From Candidatus Kapaibacterium sp. (GTDB lineage Bacteria > Bacteroidota > Ignavibacteria > Kapaibacteriales > UBA961): 64,000 nt of DNA. The notes under the pieces were generated by a model that worked only from the letters and a program-made list of their open reading frames with translations, was not told where the DNA came from and searched no databases. Within the stretch, counting starts at the first letter, position 1. Every line of letters starts with the position of its first letter. Made by a program: the position numbers and the translations under genes. The stretch lies in assembly GCA_046328995.1 (NCBI GenBank), contig JAXLVN010000004.1, positions 274,599-338,598 on the forward strand, given 5' to 3'. Shown one piece after another: positions 38,393 through 47,597 of this stretch.

Positions 38393-39502
38393 TTACCGAA
38401 AGACTTGCCCCTTCCACACGACTTCTTTTTTGAGTAAAGAAAGCGGAATGACGAGCTCGAGGAGAATAATAAATCCGACGGCCAGGAATCCCCACCCAAG
38501 CTGACGCTTCCGTTTGAGAATGGCAAGCGAAGGAGAGATCACGGCAAAATCACCAAACACCCGAATAGCAAATATCAGCGGCAGCAGCAGCCAATCGCCA
38601 TCGAGGAAAGCTGCCAGAATGCAAATCCACAGGGAGGCCGAGAAAGCAACAAAAATCACTGCTCGCCAGCCGAGATCGACCCCGCCGCGAAGCCATCGGT
38701 GATGCTGACGGATATATTCGCCGAGTGTCTGACACGGTAGCGTCGTGACGACGGCTGTATTGCTGCACACATAGCGTACTTCCCATCCACGGGCGAAAAT
38801 TGCCTGCAAGAGTGCCAGATCTTCCGTCACCGAAAAACGGATATTCGCATAGCCACCGACACTGTCGAATGCCTCGCGTCGCACCGCCAGATTATTTCCA
38901 AAACATCCGAGCGGTTGATTGAGTCCTACGCCCGCGCTTGCCATCGTGTGATTCATAATCCATTCAATTGCCTGCATTTGCTCGAAAAAAGTCTTGGCTT
39001 TGATGAGGGTAAATGAGGGAACAAGCCCCACGCGCGGATTGTCGAATTGCCGTGCCATCGTAGCAATCCAGTCGGGGACGACCGTACAATCGGCGTCCGT
39101 CATGAGGAGAATTTCGCCCCGCGCGGCTTCAATACCGGCTTGTAATGCGCCGGGCTTGCCACGTAAATTTGCCGTCGTGCGCGCTTCATCGAGGGTAATA
39201 ACACGGAGGAGCGGCAGCTTTTGGGCGAGTCGGCGGAGAATGTCGGCAGTGCCGTCAGAAGAGCGGTCGTCAATGACGATGATCTCAAAATTGTCGGGCG
39301 GGAAATTACTTAAAACTAAGGATTGAATACAGGTTTCGATGTTGGACTCTTCGTTCCTCGCCGGCACGATGACCGATACAAAAGGAAGCGGTGCCGGTGA
39401 ATTGGGGATAATCTTGCGCCGCTCGCGTGCCGCGCCGAACACAAACGTAAAAATACGAAGTCCGTATAAGATGGCCGCAAGCGTGTATAAAAAGGGGATC
39501 AT
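38393..39502 (-). CDS. Family 2 glycosyltransferase
   Basis: GT2 motifs are present (VSVIVPARNEE, IIVIDDRSSDGT) together with a DxD and multiple TM helices at both ends. Confidence 0.8.
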   Translation of the reverse strand: MIPFLYTLAAILYGLRIFTFVFGAARERRKIIPNSPAPLPFVSVIVPARNEESNIETCIQSLVLSNFPPDNFEIIVIDDRSSDGTADILRRLAQKLPLLRVITLDEARTTANLRGKPGALQAGIEAARGEILLMTDADCTVVPDWIATMARQFDNPRVGLVPSFTLIKAKTFFEQMQAIEWIMNHTMASAGVGLNQPLGCFGNNLAVRREAFDSVGGYANIRFSVTEDLALLQAIFARGWEVRYVCSNTAVVTTLPCQTLGEYIRQHHRWLRGGVDLGWRAVIFVAFSASLWICILAAFLDGDWLLLPLIFAIRVFGDFAVISPSLAILKRKRQLGWGFLAVGFIILLELVIPLSLLKKEVVWKGQVFR

Positions 39503-39658
39503 TCAGAGCAATTGCAAAAAAGAGAGCAGAATTAACAACTAAAATACAGCGCGCGCCGGAAATTCACTGCACGAAATTTTAAATAACCGACAAGAAAGTT
39601 ATCATACGAGAGCAACATTTCAACCGAGATTGCGTCATAGCCGCCCGATTGCATCCGA

Positions 39659-39696
39659 AAACAACCTTACTTTTTGCGGTAAGGTTGTTTTTTTTA
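39659..39696 (+). promoter_or_regulatory. Terminator-like hairpin with a T-tract in the 5' leader of the MATE gene (possible attenuator)
   Basis: The sequence is AAACAACCTTAC-TTTTTGCG-GTAAGGTTGTTTTTTTT. It lies 30 nt upstream of the MATE start, with no upstream same-strand gene to terminate. Confidence 0.4.
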
Positions 39697-39725
39697 TTAT
39701 TCAAGCCGAAATATTCTAAGACGTT

Positions 39726-41123
39726 ATGGAAGAGTCAGCGCCAGCCGAACAAACACAAGCCCCCAAACAATTCAAGCGAGGAAAGGTCGATCTGCTCAAT
39801 GGTCCGATCGACTCCACGCTCCGCACCTTCGCCATTCCGCTTGCTTTTAGCTTCCTGGTCAATATGCTGTACTCGTGGATCGACACGTATTTTGTCAGTC
39901 GGCTGGGTTCGTCCGCTATCGCAGCTATCGGCGTGAGCGAACAGCTGGGGTTCTTCATCTTCAACTTCGGCAGCGGCTTCGCAATTGGCACCGGTATTAT
40001 CGTCGCCCGTCGCATGGGAGAAGGCGACCGAAAAGGCGCGAATTATACCGCCACACAAGCTGTGCTGTCGATGCTGATATTCTCGGTATCGCTTGCCGTC
40101 GGACTCTATTTTGGACTTGATTCTGTGCTGAAAGCGATGAATTTAGAACCCGAAGTCGCGCGATTAGCCCGCTTATACCTGTCAGCCCTGCTTTTTGGTG
40201 TTCCGGGGAATTTCCTCACCTTTCAAATTAACTCCATCGTACGCTCATCGGGCAATTCCGTCTTTCCGATGATGATATTATTAATGACGACGGTGATTAA
40301 TGCTATTCTTGCGCCGATTCTCATCTTTGGCGTAGGACCAATTCCAGCCTTAGGCATGACAGGCGCAGGACTTGCAACGGCAGGCGCACAGCTTATTGGC
40401 GGGATTATTTCCGTCAGCATGCTCATTTCCGGCAAAACCGGTATCCGCTTGATGATGGATAAGTTATCGCTAGACCTCGCGCTGATTTGGAGAATTGCCA
40501 AGCAGGGAATACCGGCATCGCTGCAGATGTTCTCGGTGAGTATCTCGCGGATTATGCTCTTTAAGTTTGCAAGTACGTTCGGTACAAGCGTTGTAGCTGC
40601 CTATACGCTGGGTTTAAAGGTTGATTTATTTGTCTTTATGACTGTCTTTGCCGTTGGAATTGCAATGGAAACGGCGACCGGACAGAACTTAGGCGCCGGC
40701 AATATCAAACGCGTATTTTTATTCCACCGTTCGGCAATGAAGCAGGTATCGATGGTGATTGCGGTCCTGGCGACAGGGGTCTTTCTCTTCGGCGATCATT
40801 TTGCAGGAATCTTTACAAAGGACGCGGCGATTATCAAAGAGACGACGCGCTACTTGCACACTGCTGTCTTTGGCTATATCTTCTTTGGCGTAGGGCTTGT
40901 AACGACGCGGGTTATCAGCGGTGCGGGTGCATCCTTCCGCAGTATGATTATCGTGGGTGGTTCGCTCATATTTTTGCAAGTGCCGCTTGCGTATTCATTG
41001 TCGCATTTCACGGGATTAGGTCCGCAGGGTATATGGTTCGGCGTGGTCGGCGGATATATCTTATTCACCGGCATAGCATTTATCGAACTCACACGGAAGA
41101 AGTGGCTCAATGCGCGAGTGTAG
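39726..41123 (+). CDS. MATE family efflux transporter
   Basis: It has 12 predicted TM helices and a typical MATE N-terminus (GPIDSTLRTFAIPLAFSFLVNMLYSWIDTYFVSRLGSSAIAAIGV). Confidence 0.85.
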   Translation: MEESAPAEQTQAPKQFKRGKVDLLNGPIDSTLRTFAIPLAFSFLVNMLYSWIDTYFVSRLGSSAIAAIGVSEQLGFFIFNFGSGFAIGTGIIVARRMGEGDRKGANYTATQAVLSMLIFSVSLAVGLYFGLDSVLKAMNLEPEVARLARLYLSALLFGVPGNFLTFQINSIVRSSGNSVFPMMILLMTTVINAILAPILIFGVGPIPALGMTGAGLATAGAQLIGGIISVSMLISGKTGIRLMMDKLSLDLALIWRIAKQGIPASLQMFSVSISRIMLFKFASTFGTSVVAAYTLGLKVDLFVFMTVFAVGIAMETATGQNLGAGNIKRVFLFHRSAMKQVSMVIAVLATGVFLFGDHFAGIFTKDAAIIKETTRYLHTAVFGYIFFGVGLVTTRVISGAGASFRSMIIVGGSLIFLQVPLAYSLSHFTGLGPQGIWFGVVGGYILFTGIAFIELTRKKWLNARV

Positions 41124-41147
41124 CGCTGAGATGAAGAGTGCAGCATG

Positions 41148-41182
41148 TAGCCCATGATGAATATCGTGGGCTATTTTTTTTG
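41148..41182 (+). terminator. Rho-independent terminator for the MATE gene
   Basis: The stem TAGCCCATGAT / ATCGTGGGCTA has one mismatch, with a GAAT loop, followed by TTTTTTTT. It lies 25 nt after the stop. Confidence 0.7.
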
Positions 41183-41331
41183 TTCATTTGTCGGGGTAGT
41201 AATTATGTACGATGTTTTGTAATGTATAATTCAAGTCACCGAAATTCCACAGCATATAATTCCCATCAGATACCGTATTTTTGCCGCATATAATTGGTGA
41301 ATAATCATAGTGATAGGATACGAGGCAGGCA

Positions 41332-41622
41332 ATGCACACACTCTTACGGCAATCACTCTTTTGGGATTCTAATCTTGAGTCGCTAGACCTCCAAAAGCAT
41401 AAGCGGAAAATTATCGTTCGCGTGCTTGAGCGCGGAACGCTTCAGGATTGGCAGGCAATTAAAGAGCTCTATGGCAAGGATACTATACGCGATGAAGTAC
41501 TGCAAGCCCGTTCGCTCGATAAATACGTGCTCGCGTTTTGTTCGGCATATTTTGATGTACCCAAGGAGGACTTTCGATGCTATACACTGATTCAGTACCA
41601 AAAGAAGCACTGGAATTATTAA
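41332..41622 (+). CDS. Hypothetical protein, putative cognate antitoxin or regulator of the AbiEii-like module
   Basis: It is 96 aa and directly upstream of, and possibly overlapping, the nucleotidyltransferase gene. It has no recognisable motif beyond a possible helical HTH-like stretch. Confidence 0.35.
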   Translation: MHTLLRQSLFWDSNLESLDLQKHKRKIIVRVLERGTLQDWQAIKELYGKDTIRDEVLQARSLDKYVLAFCSAYFDVPKEDFRCYTLIQYQKKHWNY

Positions 41623-42200
41623 TTCGTCTTATGAAACTTGATGCATTGCAACCATTTGCACTCGCTGGTGGAACTGCTCTCGCTTTGCGTTTCGGGCATC
41701 GAGTGTCGTATGATATTGATTTATTCACGTCTGTGGGATTTGATGCGCAAGCACTTGCTGAGAGCATTCAGCGGAGCGAACCTATTAGTCAATTCCGTGT
41801 TCAACCCAATACTATCAATGCACAGGTAGCAGGTGTAAAGCTGGATTGCCTCGCACATCGGTACAATCAACTTGGGGCAATCGAAGTAATTGATGGTATT
41901 CGCCTCTATTCTCTTCCGGATTGTGTAGCAATGAAGCTATCAGCAGTTGGAGGTCGTGGCGCGCGGAAAGATTTCTATGATATTGCTGCTCTTATGCAGG
42001 TAATGACACTACCCGAAATGGTTGAATGCTTTGAAAAGAAATACCCCAATGCCGATAGCTTACATACTATTCTAGCCCTAACGTATTTTGATGATGCTAA
42101 TCTTGAAGAAGAGGTTACACTTAGCGCCACATCACCTGCTCAACTACAATCATGGCACGCAGTCCAATCGTTACTTGTACGTGAAGTGAAGAAACTATGA
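41577..42200 (+). CDS. AbiEii/AbiGii-family nucleotidyltransferase toxin (DUF1814)
   Basis: Nucleotidyltransferase motifs are present (FALAGGTALALRFGHRVSYDIDLF). An alternative start at 41631 would avoid the overlap with the upstream ORF. Confidence 0.65.
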   Translation: MLYTDSVPKEALELLIRLMKLDALQPFALAGGTALALRFGHRVSYDIDLFTSVGFDAQALAESIQRSEPISQFRVQPNTINAQVAGVKLDCLAHRYNQLGAIEVIDGIRLYSLPDCVAMKLSAVGGRGARKDFYDIAALMQVMTLPEMVECFEKKYPNADSLHTILALTYFDDANLEEEVTLSATSPAQLQSWHAVQSLLVREVKKL

Positions 42201-42550
42201 TGTTTCTGCCTTGTCCATAGTTTCCAACTGACAGTCAACATTTACAGCTCCGACCGTACTTTATACATGTTCTATTGCTTTTTCACCGTGCAGACGTATG
42301 ATAAGCAAGTAGTTACGGATGGTTGAAAACAACTGAGCGGGCTGAACCTCTTTCCGGTATTGGTACGAATAGGACTCTCTCAAACCCTAGCACAACAGAG
42401 GCGCATGCACTTCACTCCTACAGACTGCATTCAATTTCCTGAAAATTGAGAGAGAACCAACTTTTTCTGCTCTCCACCTCACCGAAGTTCATTATTTTGC
42501 AGTGAACTCATGAATGATTTTCCGCGAACCCATTATTCAACAGGTAACCA

Positions 42551-45500
42551 ATGAAATTTTCTACTCTTTGCGTGCTTTTAGCGTGCTTTCTCTCTCTGCG
42601 TGCTGCCGGCCAATCGCTTTCCGTCTTTGGTATTGATGAGAGTCAATTCCCTACGGTCAAAGCGAAGATCTATGCCTTTCAAAAGGATGGAAGTCCTGTG
42701 CCGAATCTCACACCTGCCAAGGTCATTGTGACGGAAAACGGCATATCGCGAACTGTAACGTCCGTGACTTGTCCTGCGCCAAACGTCAAGCAGATATCCC
42801 TCACACTGAGCATCGATGTATCGGGTTCGATGGCAGCCACCGCCGACCCTTTTTCCGAACAGCCCATGCTCCTTGCCAAGGAATATGCACGGTCACTAGT
42901 GGATGCAATGGCCTCGCCGCCGTCGCAGATTACCCTGCAGATGGCTGATCGTAAGGGATATATTCTCCATGACCTTTCAACAGATAAGTCCAAAATTCTT
43001 CAGACTATTGCCGGGCTGTCACCGGCCGGGGGGAATGACTATCTCGATCAATTACTCCATCCGCAGACCGGTGCGCTTGTGCTTGCGCGCGGAGGAGAGT
43101 TCAAGCGCCATGTTCTTGTCGTGACCGATGGACAGTGGGGACGTCTTTCACCGGCCGACTCGGCGCAGTGTGTGGCCTTGTGCAAGGCAGATAGTATCAC
43201 GTTCCATGTGGTGCTTTTAGGTGGCAATCAAGCCGATGAACGTGGTATTATGACCACGTTGCAAGGCATTGCATCCGCAACCGGCGGCGTGGTAGTGACG
43301 AGCATTCGCACGTCCGCCGATGCACGGAAATTTGCACTTGAATTACACCAAAAGATACAGGGCGGTGAGCCATGTGAAATTACCTGGATGTCCGACTCTT
43401 CCTGCACGCGTGAACGCCGGGTAGCCGTGTCGATTCCGGTTACTGCCGTGCTGGCAGAGGCGATGTATCTTGCGCCGGATAATTCCTTTATCGATCTTGC
43501 GTTGAGCACCTCTTCTCTGGCGTTCGGGGCGCTTCCTCCCAAGACTACGGCGCAGCAGACAGTGACCATTACAGCGAGAAATTACCCGGTCATTGTCAGG
43601 AAAATTACCTCTTCTGACCTGCGCTTCTCGGTGATTACCTACGGAGGCACGGCGCCGCCATTTGTGCTGCAACCGGGTAATTCCCGCATTCTCACCGTGC
43701 AATTTGCCCCAACCGATTCGGGGTATTCTTTCTCTGAAATACAGATTGCTCATAATGCCTGCCTGCCGACGACGGTGCAGGTCTCGGGCGGCTTTCCGTT
43801 TAAGAGGGCAAGTGTACCGTCACTCCGACTTATCACGCCGAATGGCGGTGAACGCTATGGTGTAGGCGAGAGACCGTCGGTTGAGTGGGCAGGAGTCTTG
43901 CCGGAAGACACGATGAGAATTGAAGTGAGCACCAATAATGGCGACAGCTGGACCACCCTCGCAGAGCGTGCGACCGGACTGACGCGCACATGGCAGGTGC
44001 CCTATAGAGTGAGCGACAGCTGCCGCATGAGAATTACCCAACTCCGCCCGACGAACTCCGTTGCGACCACGGTGGTCTTCCCCAAAAGCAGGATGCCGCA
44101 GTGGAATTCAACGGGTAATCAACTCATGACCGTGGCGCTGACCGATAACTCCTCCAAAGTCTGGTATTCGGAGTCCGGTCTGCCAATTACATCCTATCGC
44201 GGACCCGGCAGCAGACTCACGCGTATCGGGTGGAATACAGCCAAGCGCTTGATTGCGATGGAATATGACGGTAATTCAATTTCAATTTTTAATGATTCAA
44301 CGGGTCAGAAAGTAATTACAAATTATGGACTCTTTGAATTGTGGAATCCCGCCGGCGATAGAATCCTCACCCGCGACGGATATATCTTGGATGAGAATGC
44401 CTTCTTAATCCGCCGCCTCGAAGACCCGTTTGAAGACTATGGCGCCGACTCGTTCCGCGTGTTCACAATGCATAAATGGAGTCCGACACGCGAAAATGTC
44501 ATCGCCGTGCAAAAAGGTGTAGCCGGCGGCGGTGATTCGCTTCGAATGTGGGATGTGTCGAAGGAAACATCCCAACCCGCCAAACTCATCAAGTCGGTAG
44601 CGGCACATAATGGAACGATTTACGCGTGTGAATGGAGTCCGTCCGGAAATCGTATCGCCTCAATCGGCGGTGATTCAACGGGTGTGGTCTATAATTTTAT
44701 CCTCAATGCTCCCATACGCTTAGTCGGTCATACAGCAGAAGTACGTTCGCTTGCCTGGAGCGCAGGTGACCGCTATGTGGCAACGGGCAGTGAAGATAAC
44801 ACGGCTAAGGTTTGGCATACGGGAACAGGGGAAATCAAGCGAACGCTTGATCATGGCGGCGCAGTGAGCGCGGTGGCGTTTAGCTTGGATGGTCGCTTGC
44901 TCGCAACGGGTGGAAAGGATTATATCATTAAGATATGGGAGGTAGAGACCGGTGGGCTGCTGCGTACGTTGCGTGGTCATACGAATGCTATCCTGACGCT
45001 TGGGTTTAGTCCCGAAGGGCGGCGCCTTATCAGCACGAGCAGCGACAGCACGGTGCGTATTTGGGATATTGATTCGACAGAAATTCAGCAGGTAATTTCT
45101 GAGAATGTCTGGAAAATCGAGCAGCCGCAGCTTCAAACAAATGAAATAGACTTTCAGCAGGTGCAGTTCGGCAGTGCGAAGGATTCGGTCGTCAAAAACT
45201 TCGTTAAGAACACCGGCACTCGACCTGTTCTCATCGACAGTATCCGCATTCAGGGCGGCAATGCAGAAGACTTCTCGGCGACGAATGGTTTTTCGGGGTT
45301 CATGCTGCAGTCCGGCGAGAGCCGCACGGTTGAGGTACAGTTCAAGCCCACAAAAGTCGGCAAGCGGACTTCCGTTGCGGAGGTGTATGTCGGTGGATTT
45401 AGTTTCCCGATACTGCTCAGCGGCGAGGCAGTATTAACGGCTGAGGTGTTGTCGGCGGATATCGACTTCCGCAAAGTAGCTCTTGGCTCGGCAAGAGATA

Positions 45501-46015
45501 CGACCGTGAATGCAATTATTAAAAATTCTAATACCTTACCTCTAACGGTGAGTTTCGCTCTCGCGCTCGACACGGCGCAGTTCAAAGTGCTCACGGGTGG
45601 CGGTATTGTGACGCTCGCGCCGGGTGAGTCCCGCACGATTTCGCTCAGATTCGCACCGACCTCGATTGGCAAGACGAGCGCGCAGCTTGTGTGCTCATAC
45701 AATGGCGCAGGGTCACCGGCGAAAATCGCACTCCTCGGCGAAGGCATTGATAAAGTAGGCGTTGAGGAAGAGGTGAAGCAGGGCGAGCGCGCCACGATTC
45801 ACCCGAATCCCGCGACAAACGCGCTGGAAATCATCCGCACAGGTGAGTTCACGGTAGAAATCACCGACCTCCTCGGTCGCGCGCTCCCGCTTGCGGTGAA
45901 GCACTTTACAAATAGCGCGCATATTCCGGTCGAGGAAGTTCCGGAAGGTGTGTATTTCGTGAGAATTCACGCGCATGGGGATGTGCAGATGATACCGGTG
46001 GTGGTGCGGCATTAG
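42551..46015 (+). CDS. Large secreted multidomain protein: vWA domain, Ig/ASH-like beta-sandwich domains, a WD40 repeat block and a C-terminal T9SS sorting domain
   Basis: It has a signal peptide, a vWA MIDAS (LSIDVSGSMAA), WD40 repeats (GHTAEVRSLAWS...ATGSEDNTAKVWH; LATGGKDYIIKIWE; ISTSSDSTVRIWD) and a CTD (IHPNPATNALEI...GVYFVRIHAHGDVQMIPVVVRH). Confidence 0.75.
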   Translation: MKFSTLCVLLACFLSLRAAGQSLSVFGIDESQFPTVKAKIYAFQKDGSPVPNLTPAKVIVTENGISRTVTSVTCPAPNVKQISLTLSIDVSGSMAATADPFSEQPMLLAKEYARSLVDAMASPPSQITLQMADRKGYILHDLSTDKSKILQTIAGLSPAGGNDYLDQLLHPQTGALVLARGGEFKRHVLVVTDGQWGRLSPADSAQCVALCKADSITFHVVLLGGNQADERGIMTTLQGIASATGGVVVTSIRTSADARKFALELHQKIQGGEPCEITWMSDSSCTRERRVAVSIPVTAVLAEAMYLAPDNSFIDLALSTSSLAFGALPPKTTAQQTVTITARNYPVIVRKITSSDLRFSVITYGGTAPPFVLQPGNSRILTVQFAPTDSGYSFSEIQIAHNACLPTTVQVSGGFPFKRASVPSLRLITPNGGERYGVGERPSVEWAGVLPEDTMRIEVSTNNGDSWTTLAERATGLTRTWQVPYRVSDSCRMRITQLRPTNSVATTVVFPKSRMPQWNSTGNQLMTVALTDNSSKVWYSESGLPITSYRGPGSRLTRIGWNTAKRLIAMEYDGNSISIFNDSTGQKVITNYGLFELWNPAGDRILTRDGYILDENAFLIRRLEDPFEDYGADSFRVFTMHKWSPTRENVIAVQKGVAGGGDSLRMWDVSKETSQPAKLIKSVAAHNGTIYACEWSPSGNRIASIGGDSTGVVYNFILNAPIRLVGHTAEVRSLAWSAGDRYVATGSEDNTAKVWHTGTGEIKRTLDHGGAVSAVAFSLDGRLLATGGKDYIIKIWEVETGGLLRTLRGHTNAILTLGFSPEGRRLISTSSDSTVRIWDIDSTEIQQVISENVWKIEQPQLQTNEIDFQQVQFGSAKDSVVKNFVKNTGTRPVLIDSIRIQGGNAEDFSATNGFSGFMLQSGESRTVEVQFKPTKVGKRTSVAEVYVGGFSFPILLSGEAVLTAEVLSADIDFRKVALGSARDTTVNAIIKNSNTLPLTVSFALALDTAQFKVLTGGGIVTLAPGESRTISLRFAPTSIGKTSAQLVCSYNGAGSPAKIALLGEGIDKVGVEEEVKQGERATIHPNPATNALEIIRTGEFTVEITDLLGRALPLAVKHFTNSAHIPVEEVPEGVYFVRIHAHGDVQMIPVVVRH

Positions 46016-46024
46016 GTCTGGAAA

Positions 46025-46108
46025 GATTTTTAACGCAAAGCCGCAAAGGGCGCAGAGAATATCCTTTGCGCACTTTGCGTAACCCTTTGCGAGTTTTGCG
46101 GTTAAATT
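46025..46108. repeat. Palindromic REP/attC-like repeat, copy A (forward)
   Basis: TTTTTAACGCAAAGCCGCAAAGGGCGCAGAGAATATCCTTTGCGCACTTTGCGTAACCCTTTGCGAGTTTTGCGGTTAAAT. It starts 10 nt after the stop of the vWA-WD40 gene. Confidence 0.85.
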
Positions 46109-46191
46109 TGGGTTGGGTTGTGTTGGGGGATGATTCTATTCTTGTACCAACCGCGATAATGAGAACACACGTTTAAAAACCAAGCTGAACT

Positions 46192-46827
46192 ATGAAATTC
46201 AAGCCTCTTACATACATATTGATGGGAGTATTCTCGATTATACAATTTGCCGGTTGCTCTCATAGATTAACTAAGGATAAGAACCTTCTGCATACTTTAC
46301 AGACATATAGTAGTTCCAATGATTTTACTAATTTGAATAACAAAATCAGTAGTGATTTGAAAGAGGATACAACTCATTATTTTCTTATTTCAATCTCACG
46401 ATACGAATCCACATGCTATCCCCCTCCTTGGCTAAATAGGTTTACAACTCAGTATCTTTTTGTTTATATTGAAGAGCCAGTTATATACCCTGATGGCGAA
46501 CATCATTATGATTTTTATTGGAAAGTCTATAAGTTTACAAATTATTCTGACAAAAAGTATTTAGGAAAAGTGAGTGGAGGAGCTTACAATTTAATAGTGA
46601 ACAAACTGTACGATATACTCAACAATAGACCTGAAGCAAATATCAGGGACAAACTTGGATATGGTTTAGAATTTTCAACATGGATCAATTACAACGGGAG
46701 AAAGATTACAAATAATATAATTAACGGTGGAGACATGGAGAATACGTATGTCAATTTATTTACTGTAGTTAAATCAGCAGTTTATGAATTAGAACTTGAG
46801 CAGTACTATCAAGGGCTTGAGAAGTAA
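46192..46827 (+). CDS. Hypothetical lipoprotein encoded in a low-GC islet
   Basis: The signal peptide with lipobox is MKFKPLTYILMGVFSIIQFAGCS. The gene is AT-rich and Asn/Tyr/Lys-rich, and sits between repeat copies A and B. Confidence 0.5.
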   Translation: MKFKPLTYILMGVFSIIQFAGCSHRLTKDKNLLHTLQTYSSSNDFTNLNNKISSDLKEDTTHYFLISISRYESTCYPPPWLNRFTTQYLFVYIEEPVIYPDGEHHYDFYWKVYKFTNYSDKKYLGKVSGGAYNLIVNKLYDILNNRPEANIRDKLGYGLEFSTWINYNGRKITNNIINGGDMENTYVNLFTVVKSAVYELELEQYYQGLEK

Positions 46828-47467
46828 ACTCTTCAATACTACACCACAATGTGATGATTTTCGATGCTATATTCCCAATACATCCATGAATCCGATTGAA
46901 AAGACATTTGTCAAGATCGTACTTGCACTGTGCTCGATTCATGTACTTTGGTTTTTGGTGTACGGCATGTTTATCGTTACGTGTTTGCTTGTCAATGGGC
47001 ATTTGCCGACATCGGATGTTTTTGAACCATTATGGTTGCGGGAGTTTTTGCATAGTATCACCGGGAGTATTTACATTGAAGTTGTTTAGTATTTTCAACG
47101 GAGAGCGAAACATTGCTTTACCTCCATAGTTGAGGGCGGCTAAGACGCCTGTTTTTCATTTGGAAATACAGCATACCGGTCATAGTCAGCATGTTTTCTA
47201 CCCCAAAAATCGGCTCTAAAAATAATCCTAAACAACTTCATCGTTATAATGCTCTGTTTTTTCAATTTCTTTATTAGCATCACAGCACTTTTGGGTATGA
47301 TAGTCAAAACGAAGAACAAGCGGATTCTGATAGGCACGGTTTTGTTTGTCTTGGTAAATGTGGGGTTCATTTATTTTGTTACTTCGGACCCGGGGTCAGT
47401 GCTTTGGTGCGGTGAATAATCAATATGGTAGCATTCAACGTGAAATTTACATATTGATGGTACAAAA

Positions 47468-47550
47468 AGATTTTTAACGCAAAGGCGCAAAGGGCGCAGA
47501 GAATCACTTTGCGAACTTTGCGTAAACCATAGCGAAATTTGCGGTTAATT
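47468..47550. repeat. Palindromic REP/attC-like repeat, copy B (forward, direct with respect to copy A)
   Basis: It is ~88% identical to copy A over ~80 bp. It ends with TTTGCGGTTAATT and lies 48 nt upstream of pfk. Confidence 0.85.
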
Positions 47551-47597
47551 AAATTATATTTCATAAAAAAACTACTTATTATTACAGGAAAATCTCT

